From positions 1 to 44,808 of the forward strand of contig JAOPWT010000392.1 of NCBI GenBank assembly GCA_025965555.1: a stretch of DNA of 44,808 bases. The letters are read 5' to 3'. The notes under the pieces are model-generated. The model saw only the letters and a program-made list of their open reading frames with translations. It searched no databases and was not told where the DNA came from. Source of the stretch: Mycobacterium sp. Lineage in GTDB: Bacteria > Actinomycetota > Actinomycetes > Mycobacteriales > Mycobacteriaceae. Position numbers and translations under genes: made by a program. Numbering within the stretch: the stretch's first letter is position 1; every line of letters begins with the position of its first letter. This document shows, one piece after another, positions 17,606 to 26,761 of the stretch.

Positions 17606-18076
17606 TTACTTGTTCGCGGTGAAGAGGCCTGCACCGGAGTCGAGGTCCGCGCCCTCGAAGACGGCTTCCGCGGCGACGATATTGCCGGCTTCGCGTTCGT
17701 CCATGATCACCACGGGGACAATCGGATTGAGGCCCTTGGCCACGATCGCCGGGACGTCGTAGGTGATGACGAGCTGACCCGCGGTGACCACGTCGCCCTG
17801 GGTGACGTGCGCTGTGAAGCCCTCGCCCTTCAGCGCGACGGTGTCCAGACCGAGGTGGACCAGAACGCCGACGTTGTCCGGCGTCATGACGATGTAGGCG
17901 TGCGGAAGCAGCTTCAAGAGCGTGCCGCCGACCGGAGCGACCGCCTCGACGACACCCCGCGGTGGTTCGACGGCGGCACCGTAGCCCACCATGCCCTGGG
18001 AGAACACGGGGTCTGGGACGTCTTGAAGCGGAACCGCGCGCCCGGGGACCGGGGCGAGGACGTGTGTCGTGCTCAT
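17606..18076 (-). CDS. crr: PTS glucose-family enzyme IIA component
   Basis: Start re-called at ATG 18076. Motifs DVPDPVFSQGMVG, HAYIV, VLVHLGLDTVALKGEGF. Confidence 0.9.
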   Translation of the reverse strand: MSTTHVLAPVPGRAVPLQDVPDPVFSQGMVGYGAAVEPPRGVVEAVAPVGGTLLKLLPHAYIVMTPDNVGVLVHLGLDTVALKGEGFTAHVTQGDVVTAGQLVITYDVPAIVAKGLNPIVPVVIMDEREAGNIVAAEAVFEGADLDSGAGLFTANK

Positions 18077-18191
18077 GCGCCCCACAATACGAGCACCGGC
18101 GCAAGTCGGTCTCGTGTTCACGGGTTCTCGTCTAAGCTTCCGCACAGCTTCGGCGGCGGGCTACTTTTGCGGCAGAGAAGGGTGACCGGAG

Positions 18192-19781
18192 ATGAGCGGC
18201 ACGACGAAAACTGAAGGAACGCAGAAGAAGTCGAGTCTACGGATTCCCGGCTTTGCGCAATTGCAGCGGCTCGGCAAGAGCCTCATGCTGCCGATCGCGG
18301 TACTGCCCGCGGCGGGAATCCTGCTCCGGCTGGGCCAGGACGATCTGCTGGGCAGAATCAAGGCACCGGTCATCGGGCCGTTCTTCCACGCGATGAGCGC
18401 GGCGGGCGACGCGATCTTCAGCAACCTCCCCCTTCTGTTCGCGGTCGGTGTCGCCATCGGATTCGCCAAGAAGGCGGACGGTTCGACCGCGCTGGCTGCC
18501 GTGGTCGGCTACCTCGTGGTGCAGGCCGTGTTCAAGACCATGTCGCCGCTCGTTCTCGCAGGCGAGGTCGACAAGGCGGGTGACCAGGCCCAGATCAACT
18601 ACAGCGTATTTGCGGGAATCGTGGTCGGCCTGCTCACGGCGTGGCTGTTCGACAAGTACCACACCATCCAATTGCCTTCGTATCTCGGCTTCTTCGGGGG
18701 TCGGCGCTTCGTCCCGATCGTAGTGTCACTGGCCTGCCTGTTCCTGGCGTTCGCGATGAGCTACTGCTACCCGCTCTTCGACGCGGGTCTGACCGGCCTC
18801 GGCAAGTTCATCGGCGGCTCGGGAGCCATCGGCGCGTTCATCTACGGGTTCGCCAACCGCATGCTGATACCGCTGGGGCTGCACCACATCGTGAACTCGT
18901 TCGTCTGGTTCATCTACGGCGATTACCAGACGCCGGACGGCAAGGTCGTCACCGGTGAACTCACCCGCTTCGCCGCGGGCGATCCGTCGGCGGGCATCCT
19001 CACCTCGGGCTTCTACCCGATCCTGATGTTCGGTCTGCCCGCGGCGGCGCTGGCCATGATCCACGTCGCGAACAAGAAGCAGCGCAAGGTCGCGGTCGGC
19101 ATCCTGTCGGCGGCGGCGCTGACGGCGTTCCTGACCGGCGTGACCGAACCCCTCGAGTTCGCGTTCATGTTCGTGGCCTTCCCGCTGTACGTCATCCACG
19201 CCCTCCTCACCGGCCTGTCCCTGGCCATCGCCTACCTACTCGACATACACCTGGGATTCTCGTTCTCTGCTGGCCTGATCGACCTACTGCTCTACGGCAC
19301 CGCGCCTGCGGCGAAGAACATTCCGCTTCTCATCGGCATGGGCGTCGTGTTCTTCGTCGTCTACTACCTGCTGTTCCGATTCGCGATCACGAAGTGGAAC
19401 ATGCAGACTCCCGGCCGGGAGCCGGAGAGCGAGTTCGAGGCGGAGGAGCGGGCGAACCTCGGCGAAGGATCCGACGCCGCCACCACCGTGACGGCCGGTG
19501 GCCCAGGTATCGCCACCGAGACGATCACCGCACCCGCTCCATCCGCAACCGACAGCAAGGCCGAGCAACTCATCGCGGCATTCGGCGGTCGGGAGAACCT
19601 CGTCAACGTCGACGCCTGCATCACCCGCCTGCGGATGGAGGTCGCCGACACGGGCAAGGTCGATCAGGCGCGCCTGAAGGGTCTCGGTGCGGCCGGGGTC
19701 ATCGAGGTCGGCAACAACGTCCAAGCCGTCTTCGGCACCCAGGCCGAGGCACTCAAGAACGACATCATCGACGTCCTTTAG
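18192..19781 (+). CDS. nagE: PTS N-acetylglucosamine/glucose-family EIICB permease
   Basis: Motifs [57 protein letters not shown] linker, [14 protein letters not shown]. Divergent from crr-nagB-nagA. Confidence 0.88.
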   Translation: MSGTTKTEGTQKKSSLRIPGFAQLQRLGKSLMLPIAVLPAAGILLRLGQDDLLGRIKAPVIGPFFHAMSAAGDAIFSNLPLLFAVGVAIGFAKKADGSTALAAVVGYLVVQAVFKTMSPLVLAGEVDKAGDQAQINYSVFAGIVVGLLTAWLFDKYHTIQLPSYLGFFGGRRFVPIVVSLACLFLAFAMSYCYPLFDAGLTGLGKFIGGSGAIGAFIYGFANRMLIPLGLHHIVNSFVWFIYGDYQTPDGKVVTGELTRFAAGDPSAGILTSGFYPILMFGLPAAALAMIHVANKKQRKVAVGILSAAALTAFLTGVTEPLEFAFMFVAFPLYVIHALLTGLSLAIAYLLDIHLGFSFSAGLIDLLLYGTAPAAKNIPLLIGMGVVFFVVYYLLFRFAITKWNMQTPGREPESEFEAEERANLGEGSDAATTVTAGGPGIATETITAPAPSATDSKAEQLIAAFGGRENLVNVDACITRLRMEVADTGKVDQARLKGLGAAGVIEVGNNVQAVFGTQAEALKNDIIDVL

Positions 19782-19890
19782 ACGATGGCGCGACCTTCGA
19801 TGAAGATGTTCAAACCGAGGACAACACGGCGACCCGGGAACACGATCTATCAGACGGCGATCACCAGGCTGACCGCCGGATGGAGCAATC

Positions 19891-20409
19891 ATGGCGGAGT
19901 TCCCGAAGATCGCGGTACGTAGTCCCCGTCCGTACGACATCGTCGGCGACGGTTTCAGCCTGTGCGGGCTGGGCCGGGCCAACGAGGGCGTCATCGGCTC
20001 AGCAGTGCTGAAGGACGATCACGGAAACGTGCTGGCCACCGTGTCGCCGATGTTCGTACCCAACAGCGGATTCCTTTTCACGCTGTTCGACTTTCCAGTG
20101 GCGGTCGGTGCACCACTCACGCCAGAAGGCGTCTTGACGGTGGCAGCCGATAATCCAAGCGGATTGCCCCAGAACGACTTCCGCGTCACCGTGCCAGTGA
20201 CGTTCGGGCGGGTGCTCTTGGGCACGTCGTACGCCGGCTTCCAGACGCACCAGGTGGTGGCGGGTGACACGCTGTCCGGCATCGCATTGGGCGCCTACGG
20301 CGACGCCAATACGTGGCCACGGCTCTTCGTCGCCAACCGGGACTCCATCGACGACCCAAACCTCATCAGGATCGGCCAGGTGCTGCGGGTGCCGCTCGGG
20401 GGGCCGTGA
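19891..20409 (+). CDS. Gmad2-like Ig domain plus C-terminal LysM protein
   Basis: N-terminus IAVRSPRPYDIVG...GLGRANEG resembles Gmad2. LysM: HQVVAGDTLSGIALGAYGDANTWPRLFVANRDSIDDPNLIRIGQVLRVP. RBS GGAG upstream. Confidence 0.8.
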   Translation: MAEFPKIAVRSPRPYDIVGDGFSLCGLGRANEGVIGSAVLKDDHGNVLATVSPMFVPNSGFLFTLFDFPVAVGAPLTPEGVLTVAADNPSGLPQNDFRVTVPVTFGRVLLGTSYAGFQTHQVVAGDTLSGIALGAYGDANTWPRLFVANRDSIDDPNLIRIGQVLRVPLGGP

Positions 20410-21640
20410 GGCGGGGTGACTCGTCGGGCAGGAACAGTGCCGCGACGGCGGCGGCGAGGACGGCGAGCACCAGGATCGTGGTGGCCACCGCCGCCCAGCC
20501 GTAGCCGTCGAAGGCCACCCCACCGAACCATCCGATGAGGCTCGAGCCGCCGTAGTAGAACAGGTTGTAGAGCGACGATGCCTGCGCCCGCCCGACCGGG
20601 GCCGACTGACCCGTCCAACCGGAGGCGATCGAATGCGCCCCGAAGAAGCCCGCCGTGGCGATCACCAGACCAGCAAGGACGACGATCACGTTGTCGCTCA
20701 AGGTGATCGCGATGCCGACGACCATGATCACGATGGACACCAACAGGACCCGCTTGCGCCCGAAACGGGTCGCCTCGGCACCCGCGCGCGACGAGGCCCA
20801 GGTCCCTGCGAGATACGCCAGGAACATCAGGCTGACGAGGAACGGCGGCAGGAAGAATGGTGCGCCCATCAGCCGGAAGCCGAGGAAGTTGTACAGCGCC
20901 ACGAATCCGCCCATCAACAGAAACGCCAAAGTGAACAGAGCGAGTTGCCGACGGGATCGCAGGTTCGCGGCGAGACGGTGGGCCAGGCTGCCCTCGGGGT
21001 TGGCGCCCGATCGGTTCGACGGGACGAAGCCGCGGGGCGCAGGCGCGAGCTTGACGAAGGTCAACGCAGCGATCCCGCACAGCAGGGCGACGGTGAAGAC
21101 CCCCATGCGCCAACCCGCGAATTCGGCGACTGGACTCGACACCAACCGGCCGAGGAGGCCGCCGATGGTGGTGCCCGCGACGAACGTGCCCGCTGCCCTG
21201 GCAGCGTGCGCGGGGTCGATCTCCTCGGTCAGGTAGGCGACTGCGATGGCAGGCACGCCACCGACGAACAGTCCTTCGAGGAAGCGCCCGGCGAGCAGCA
21301 GGTCGTAGGTGGGTGCGAAGGGAACGAGAAGGCCGACCGTCGTCGCGACGCTGACCGAGATCGTCATGGCCTTGACCCGGCCGATGCGGTCGGCCAGCGT
21401 CGACCACGGGATCACGCCGACGGCAAGGCCGACGGTGGACGCCGAGATGGTCAGGGCTGCGTCGGCCGCGCCGATGTGAAGGCCGCCCGCGATGAGCGGC
21501 AGCACCGCCTGAGGTGAATAGAGTTGCGCGAACGTTGCCAACCCCGCGCAGAACAGCGCGGCCAGCAGGCGGCCGTACTCGGCCGAGCCGCGGGCGTGTC
21601 CGACCCAATCGGGCGCGGTGGTGGATTGTTCGATAGACAC
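20366..21640 (-). CDS. MFS transporter (YnfM-like)
   Basis: About 12 hydrophobic segments; motifs LATFAQLYSPQAVLP, STLADRIGR, AYLTEEI, FFGAHSIASGW, ASSLYNLFYYGGSS. Start uncertain (GTG 21640 chosen). The 3' end overlaps the LysM gene by 44 bp. Confidence 0.88.
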   Translation of the reverse strand: MSIEQSTTAPDWVGHARGSAEYGRLLAALFCAGLATFAQLYSPQAVLPLIAGGLHIGAADAALTISASTVGLAVGVIPWSTLADRIGRVKAMTISVSVATTVGLLVPFAPTYDLLLAGRFLEGLFVGGVPAIAVAYLTEEIDPAHAARAAGTFVAGTTIGGLLGRLVSSPVAEFAGWRMGVFTVALLCGIAALTFVKLAPAPRGFVPSNRSGANPEGSLAHRLAANLRSRRQLALFTLAFLLMGGFVALYNFLGFRLMGAPFFLPPFLVSLMFLAYLAGTWASSRAGAEATRFGRKRVLLVSIVIMVVGIAITLSDNVIVVLAGLVIATAGFFGAHSIASGWTGQSAPVGRAQASSLYNLFYYGGSSLIGWFGGVAFDGYGWAAVATTILVLAVLAAAVAALFLPDESPRLTAPRAAPAAPGRS

Positions 21641-21698
21641 TGCAGCAACGGTAGAAAACGGCTGTTCATGTGTCCAATGCATGAACGTTGGCTACTTC

Positions 21699-21713
21699 AT
21701 GCGTGCATCGCAT
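21699..21713. promoter_or_regulatory. Putative LysR-type operator upstream of the MFS gene
   Basis: Palindrome ATGCG-TGCAT-CGCAT contains T-N11-A. A second inverted repeat, GCATGAA/TTCATGC (21679-21702), overlaps it. A LysR gene is adjacent. Confidence 0.5.
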
Positions 21714-21741
21714 CATAGCTGGACAGTCTTGGTAGAGCGCG

Positions 21742-22614
21742 CTACGAGTTCTCCAGAAAGTCCGCGAAGCGAGCTGCGGGCGGTGACAGCGGGCGATCGG
21801 GGTCCCGCACCAGCCCCACTTCGCGCTTGGCCGACGCATTGGTGAGCGGGACGTGGACCGCCTTGGATTCACCAGCTCCCTCGCGCGGGACCGGGACGAC
21901 GGCGACACCGAAACCGGCGGCCACCAACCCCTCCACCGTGGGAATCTCGGTGGCCTCGAACACGATGTCGGGGTCCAGATCTTCTTCGGCACACAGTTCG
22001 TCGGTGAGTTGCCGCAGGCCGTACTGCTGGGCCAGCGCGATGAACGGCTCCCCCGCCGCGGCGGACAGTCGGACCCGGGCCCGCGTGGCCAAGCGGTGTC
22101 CGGGTGGGACGGCCAGGCACAGGCGTTCGACGTACAGCCGATGCCACGTGAAGCCGGTCGAGTCCGGGCGCGGGGCGGTGATCGCCAGGTCGGCCTGACC
22201 GTTGAGCACTCGATGGTTGATGTCGGGCGCCGGGCCCTGGAACAGGTCGAAGCCGATTCCCGGGGCGGTGTCGCGGAATCGTCGAAGTTGTTCGGGGACA
22301 TACCAACTCGCCAGTGAGTGCAGGAACGCGAGTCGGACACGCCCGCTGTCGGGGTCCCTCAGCGCGGCGATGCGTTCGCCGGCGGATTGCATTTCGGCGA
22401 TGCTGCGTCGGGCGTGTTCGAGCATGATCTGCCCGTAGGCGTTGAGCCGCAGCCGCCGATTGACCCGGTCGAACAACGGCGTCCCCGCCTGATCTTCGAA
22501 GCGCGCCAGGGCACGCGACAGCGTCGGCTGGCTGACACCCAGTTCGGCGGCGGCATCCGTGACGTGTTCGGCCTCGGCGAGCGCCACGAACCACTGCAGT
22601 TCCTCGAGGTGCAC
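21742..22614 (-). CDS. LysR-family transcriptional regulator
   Basis: Start re-called at GTG 22614: VHLEELQWFVALAEAEHVTDAAAELGVSQPTLSRALARFE...LFDRVNRRLRLN, followed by the substrate-binding domain. Confidence 0.92.
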   Translation of the reverse strand: MHLEELQWFVALAEAEHVTDAAAELGVSQPTLSRALARFEDQAGTPLFDRVNRRLRLNAYGQIMLEHARRSIAEMQSAGERIAALRDPDSGRVRLAFLHSLASWYVPEQLRRFRDTAPGIGFDLFQGPAPDINHRVLNGQADLAITAPRPDSTGFTWHRLYVERLCLAVPPGHRLATRARVRLSAAAGEPFIALAQQYGLRQLTDELCAEEDLDPDIVFEATEIPTVEGLVAAGFGVAVVPVPREGAGESKAVHVPLTNASAKREVGLVRDPDRPLSPPAARFADFLENS

Positions 22615-22672
22615 CGCCCGACGATAGCGAACCCGCACGTCGTCGCGTGACGAGTCGCCGCCCCGAGAGGAC

Positions 22673-23312
22673 CTACCTGCACGGTGGCCACACCGGTGCA
22701 CCGAGTTCACGGGACACCGTGCGTGCGGTATCGCGCAGCGCGTCGACCGCCTCGGGGTCGAGCGGCCACCGCGCCGCGGGCACCACCAGACCGATGGCTC
22801 CGGCCGGCTCCCCTGAGGCGTCGAACACCGGTGCGGCGGTGGCACATTCACCGAGCACGGCCTCTTCGGCCTCGGTGGCGACGCCCGTGGTCCTGATCTG
22901 CTTCAACTGCAGCTCGAGCAGCGCAGGATCGGTGATCGTCTCCCCCGTCATGCTGCGGAGGTCTGCCACCTTCCTCTCGGGCGTGAACGCCAACAGCGCC
23001 TTGCCGAGCGCATGGGCCGGTATCACGATGCCCACCTCTGGCATTTGTCGAGTTCCGTCGGGTCGCGGCTCGTGGGCGACCACCACGATCTCGTCGAACA
23101 GCAGCACCGCGGTCCTGACCGCACAACCGGTGCGCCGCGCCAGGCTCTCCGCCCAGATGGCGACGCGTGAGCGCAACTCCAGGGTGTCGAGGTAGACGTT
23201 CCCCAACCGCAGGGTGGCAGGCCCAAGTCGGTAACGCCCCGAGTCGACCTCCTGCTGGACCATGCCGTGCGCGAGTAACGTTCGGATCAATCCGTGCACC
23301 GTCGAGGGCGCC
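22673..23312 (-). pseudogene. IclR-family regulator (glycerol/dihydroxyacetone operon regulator type), 5'-truncated
   Basis: Homology starts mid-HTH at APSTVHGLIRTL...GRYRLG and continues through the IclR effector domain (HALGKALLA, TAAPVFD). An in-frame TGA lies a few codons upstream and the first HTH helices are absent. Confidence 0.7.
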
Positions 23313-23373
23313 GCCAGCCATTCCCGTCACCAAGGAGACGGTGCGCGAGGTCGACAGCCGGGAAGCGGCGCAG
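23308..23373 (+). pseudogene. Probable short remnant of the C-terminal region of a PTS enzyme I / multiphosphoryl transfer protein
   Basis: Translates APPAIPVTKETVREVDSREAAQ, resembling the segment after ELSV near the enzyme I C-terminus. It abuts the truncated IclR at GGCGCC. Recognised by eye only. Confidence 0.45.
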
Positions 23374-23504
23374 TCCGTGTTCGGCGATCATGGTTTCCGC
23401 CTCGTCCTGAGCGAGTCGGCACTCCTTCCAAAGGGCCCTCTCCCGAGCGCGCTGCCTGTCAGGATCGACGTCGCGGTGAATCGACACGAACGTCAGGGGC
23501 TTGC

Positions 23505-25184
23505 GTGGAACAGCTGTCGGTGTGGGTGGGAGCGGGGCTCGTCACCGCGGGGGTCTCGGCGGCGCTGCTCGCCGGTGCGAGTGTGGCGAGTGCGGACTCC
23601 GGAACGGGCGCGCAGTCCGGCGGTTCGTCGTCATCGGATTCGACGTCATCGGGTTCGGCGGGGTCGGACTCGAAGGGTTCGGATGCGCCCAAACCTCGAC
23701 CGATGACCACGTCGGACGCCGGCAAGCCCGGCGCCGACAAGCCCGGCGGGAAGGACGCCGACCAGACAACGGCAACCGAGGCCGAGGCGAGCGGCCCCGA
23801 GAAGTCGGAGCCGACGGCGGCGGCGTCCGTGGACGCGGTCGACCACACGACGAAGCGCACTACGCAGGCAGCGACTACTGCGCGAAAGAAGCAACCGGCG
23901 ACCGAGACCGTCGCATCCGAGAGTGCGGCGCCTCAGGTGGCACGTGCCGTCGATGAACCCGACCCGACCCCGTCAAAGATACTTTCGGAAGCCACCGCAC
24001 CCGTGGCGGCCGTGGCCGCGGTGCCGACAGTGCCGACAGTGCCGACGGTGCCGACGGTGTTCGGCGTCATCCAGGGCATCGTCGGTGCGGTGGTCGTCAA
24101 CGTGGGATCGCTCGCCTTCAACACCGTGCAGGCGGTCGAAGCGCTGGTCACCGGCCCGCCGGTGCTACCACCTGGTAGCACCGTCACGGTACGAAGTTCG
24201 ACGATCCTGTTGAGCACCGGCCAACGGGTGGCGGCCAACTGGTACTACCCCGAGGGCACGGACGTGCCTGCGCACATGATCCTGCTGCAGCATGGTTTCC
24301 TGGCCCTCGGCCCGATGTACAGCTACACCGCCGCAAACCTCGCCGAGAAGACGCAGAGCATCGTCGTAACCCCCACGCTGTCGTCGAATCCCTTTGCCGG
24401 CGACGCCAACTGGCTCGGGGGGTCCGAGATGTCGGCAGCGATCGGCGACCTGTTCGAGGGCAACCGCGAGGCGCTGACCCAAAGCGCGATCGACGCGGGC
24501 TTCGCCACCAGGTACGGGGCGGACGCCGCCTTGCCGCAGAAGTTCGCGTTGTCGGGTCACTCGCTGGGCGCCAACTTGGTCTCCGGTGCGGCGGGCGACC
24601 TCGCCGACGACTGCACGGTCGACGGTTGCGCGGCCGCGGACCTGATCGGCGTGATTCTGCTCGACGGCGTCCCGTTCGCGGACACGCTGCCCAACGCATT
24701 GGCCAAGCTGAACGACAAGCAGGCGCTGACCGGATTCATCCCGGTCCGCGAGATCGGCGCGCCCCCCAACCTCTACAACTCGACGAGCAACGTCAACGAC
24801 GCTCTGAGCGCCGGACGGCCCGACCGCTACAAGGGCGTCGTCCTGGACGGCGGAGTGCACTCGGACTCCATGCAGGGCGGTAATCCCCTCATCCAGTTTG
24901 CGCTGTACGTCGCTGCGGGCTTCCCCGAACCGCAGAATCCGCCTGCCGTCGACGAGTTGTCCGTCCAGTGGTTCAACGAGTGGTTCGCGGGCGACACCAG
25001 CAGCGGCGACGACCTCGTCTCTGGCACGACGATCGACATCCCCACCCCAAGGGGTACCGCGCATGGCGTCGTGATCGGCAATGCGCCGGAGGTGAGGCTG
25101 CTGCGAACACCCGTCGACGTCGCGCCGTCGAGTCCCACGACCATTCCGACGATGGCTCCGACCCTGGCCAAACTCGCCGTATGA
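23505..25184 (+). CDS. Secreted alpha/beta-hydrolase with a long Ser/Ala/Pro/Thr-rich N-terminal linker
   Basis: Start re-called at GTG 23505 with signal peptide VWVGAGLVTAGVSAALLAGASVASA. Motifs LQHGFL, nucleophile GHSLG, ILLDGV, GGVHSD. Confidence 0.8.
   Translation: MEQLSVWVGAGLVTAGVSAALLAGASVASADSGTGAQSGGSSSSDSTSSGSAGSDSKGSDAPKPRPMTTSDAGKPGADKPGGKDADQTTATEAEASGPEKSEPTAAASVDAVDHTTKRTTQAATTARKKQPATETVASESAAPQVARAVDEPDPTPSKILSEATAPVAAVAAVPTVPTVPTVPTVFGVIQGIVGAVVVNVGSLAFNTVQAVEALVTGPPVLPPGSTVTVRSSTILLSTGQRVAANWYYPEGTDVPAHMILLQHGFLALGPMYSYTAANLAEKTQSIVVTPTLSSNPFAGDANWLGGSEMSAAIGDLFEGNREALTQSAIDAGFATRYGADAALPQKFALSGHSLGANLVSGAAGDLADDCTVDGCAAADLIGVILLDGVPFADTLPNALAKLNDKQALTGFIPVREIGAPPNLYNSTSNVNDALSAGRPDRYKGVVLDGGVHSDSMQGGNPLIQFALYVAAGFPEPQNPPAVDELSVQWFNEWFAGDTSSGDDLVSGTTIDIPTPRGTAHGVVIGNAPEVRLLRTPVDVAPSSPTTIPTMAPTLAKLAV
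24021..24059 (+). repeat. In-frame 9-bp tandem repeat (GTGCCGACR)x4 encoding VPT repeats
   Basis: gtgccgaca gtgccgaca gtgccgacg gtgccgacg gtg read directly from the sequence. Confidence 0.9.
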
Positions 25185-25286
25185 GGCCGGCGGGCGAGGC
25201 TGACGGCGGGCCAACTTAGGCCATCCTTTGTCAACGCTCTAGGGTGACGAGAACCGTATTACCGTGCTTGCCGAAGGTGGTTTCCA

Positions 25287-26048
25287 GTGGCTACTCAACA
25301 TGCTGATGCCGACGGGTTGCGTCTGCTCGTCGTCGGGGCGTCGTCCGGAATCGGCCACGCGGTGGCCGTCAGCGCAGGCGAGCGCGGCGCCAAGGTGGCC
25401 GTCGCGGCCAGGCGCATGGAACTGCTGACCAAGCTGGCCGACGACATCGGTGGCTCGGCGTTCGAGCTCGACGTGGAGGACACCGGGGCCATCAAGCGCG
25501 TCGTCGACGCCGCGGCCGACGCGCTCGGCGGGCTCGATGCCGTGGTGTTCACCAGCACCGTCGTGCCGTTCGCCCACATCGAGGACACCGACGTGGCCAC
25601 CTGGGTCCACGCGTTCAGCGTGAACACGCTCGGCGCCAACAACGTTCTGCGGGCCACGCTGCCGCATCTGTCCGAGAACGGCGTGGTGCTGGTCGCCTCG
25701 AGCAACGACGTGGGTCGACCGCGCGCCGGCGTGGCCGCCTACGACGCCAGCAAGGCCGCCCTCGACGAGATCCTGCGATCGTGGCGCAGCGAGCACCCGG
25801 AGCTCTCCATCGTGCGAGTCGGCATGGGACCCACCCAGGACACCGAAATCCTCCGCGGGGCCGACCGCGACCTACTGGCGCAGTTGTTCGAATCCTGGGT
25901 GGAGCAGGGCCAGCTTCCGGCTCAGATGTCGGCGCTTCGCGATGTCGCGAACACGCTGGTATCGCTGGTCACCATGTCGCACGCGAACCCCAGCGTCGTA
26001 CCGGAGGTCGTCCAACTGGCCCCCCGGATCAAGAAGTCCGACGGCTGA
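25287..26048 (+). CDS. Short-chain dehydrogenase/reductase
   Basis: Rossmann motif VVGASSGIG; catalytic YDASK. Confidence 0.88.
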   Translation: MATQHADADGLRLLVVGASSGIGHAVAVSAGERGAKVAVAARRMELLTKLADDIGGSAFELDVEDTGAIKRVVDAAADALGGLDAVVFTSTVVPFAHIEDTDVATWVHAFSVNTLGANNVLRATLPHLSENGVVLVASSNDVGRPRAGVAAYDASKAALDEILRSWRSEHPELSIVRVGMGPTQDTEILRGADRDLLAQLFESWVEQGQLPAQMSALRDVANTLVSLVTMSHANPSVVPEVVQLAPRIKKSDG

Positions 26049-26052
26049 ACCG

Positions 26053-26325
26053 TTAGTTGCAGGGGTCCGAGCCCGGCGTGTAGTACGGCACCCCGGACGG
26101 GGTGTAGCACGGCGGCTGACCGGTGGCTTCCTGCACCGCCCAGTCGTCATCGTTGGCCAACGCGACTCCCGCCGCCACGTCGCCGACGACGTGTGTGCAT
26201 CCGCCCACCGCGACGTGCCGGCCACCGACGTCGCCGCACACCTCGGCATGGGATGCCGGTGCCACTACCACCGGCACCACCGCAGCCGCCACCGCCACCA
26301 GCAGGCCTGTCATCCGCTTCTTCAT
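26053..26325 (-). CDS. Small secreted Cys-containing protein
   Basis: Signal peptide MKKRMTGLLVAVAAAVVPVVVAPASHA; mature part EVCGDVGGRHVAVGGC...PPCYTPSGVPYYTPGSDPCN; RBS AAGGGGAG. Alternative start TTG 26331. Confidence 0.75.
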   Translation of the reverse strand: MKKRMTGLLVAVAAAVVPVVVAPASHAEVCGDVGGRHVAVGGCTHVVGDVAAGVALANDDDWAVQEATGQPPCYTPSGVPYYTPGSDPCN

Positions 26326-26517
26326 CGCCAAACTCCCCTTGTCAACCGACGCGAATGATGCAGACGCTATACACCGGAGCGTTCTGGAGGTGCGACGTCC
26401 GCACTTCCGGCTTGGGCGCCGAATCCAGCTTTCCCGACTTCATGGCGACAACGCCTGATCGCGAGTAGGTTACTGCAGCAGCACGTCAGCTGGACCACAA
26501 CTCAATACGCTGTCGAC

Positions 26518-26700
26518 GCGCAGCGGGAGATCCCCGATTCTCGGGGTGCCGAAGGAGCAACATCCTCCCCAGGAATCTCTCAGGCCCAGTACCGCCGCGC
26601 CGAGGCAACTCTGGAGAAAGCGCAGGCCGACCCGGCGCTTACCGAAGGTGAATGGCACGCCTCGGCGTCGCTGAAACTCTCAGGTCTCAGGACAGAGCGG
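26518..26700 (+). ncRNA. Tandem glycine riboswitch
   Basis: Two aptamers: GGGAGA...GCCGAAGGAGCAA...AATCTCTCAGG, then CTCTGGAGA...ACCGAAGGTG...AAACTCTCAGG...GACAGAG. A TACGCT -10 box sits at 26506-26511, and a serine dehydratase gene lies downstream. Confidence 0.93.
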
Positions 26701-26761
26701 GGAGGTGACTCGATCCGTCATCCGCCGACTAGAGGTTCGCCGTGTTCATTCAAGAGTGCTC

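Noticed and set aside
24021-24059. Short tandem repeat as a possible CRISPR-like array
   Set aside because: It is a 9-bp in-frame coding repeat with no spacers and no cas genes. No CRISPR array was seen in the window.
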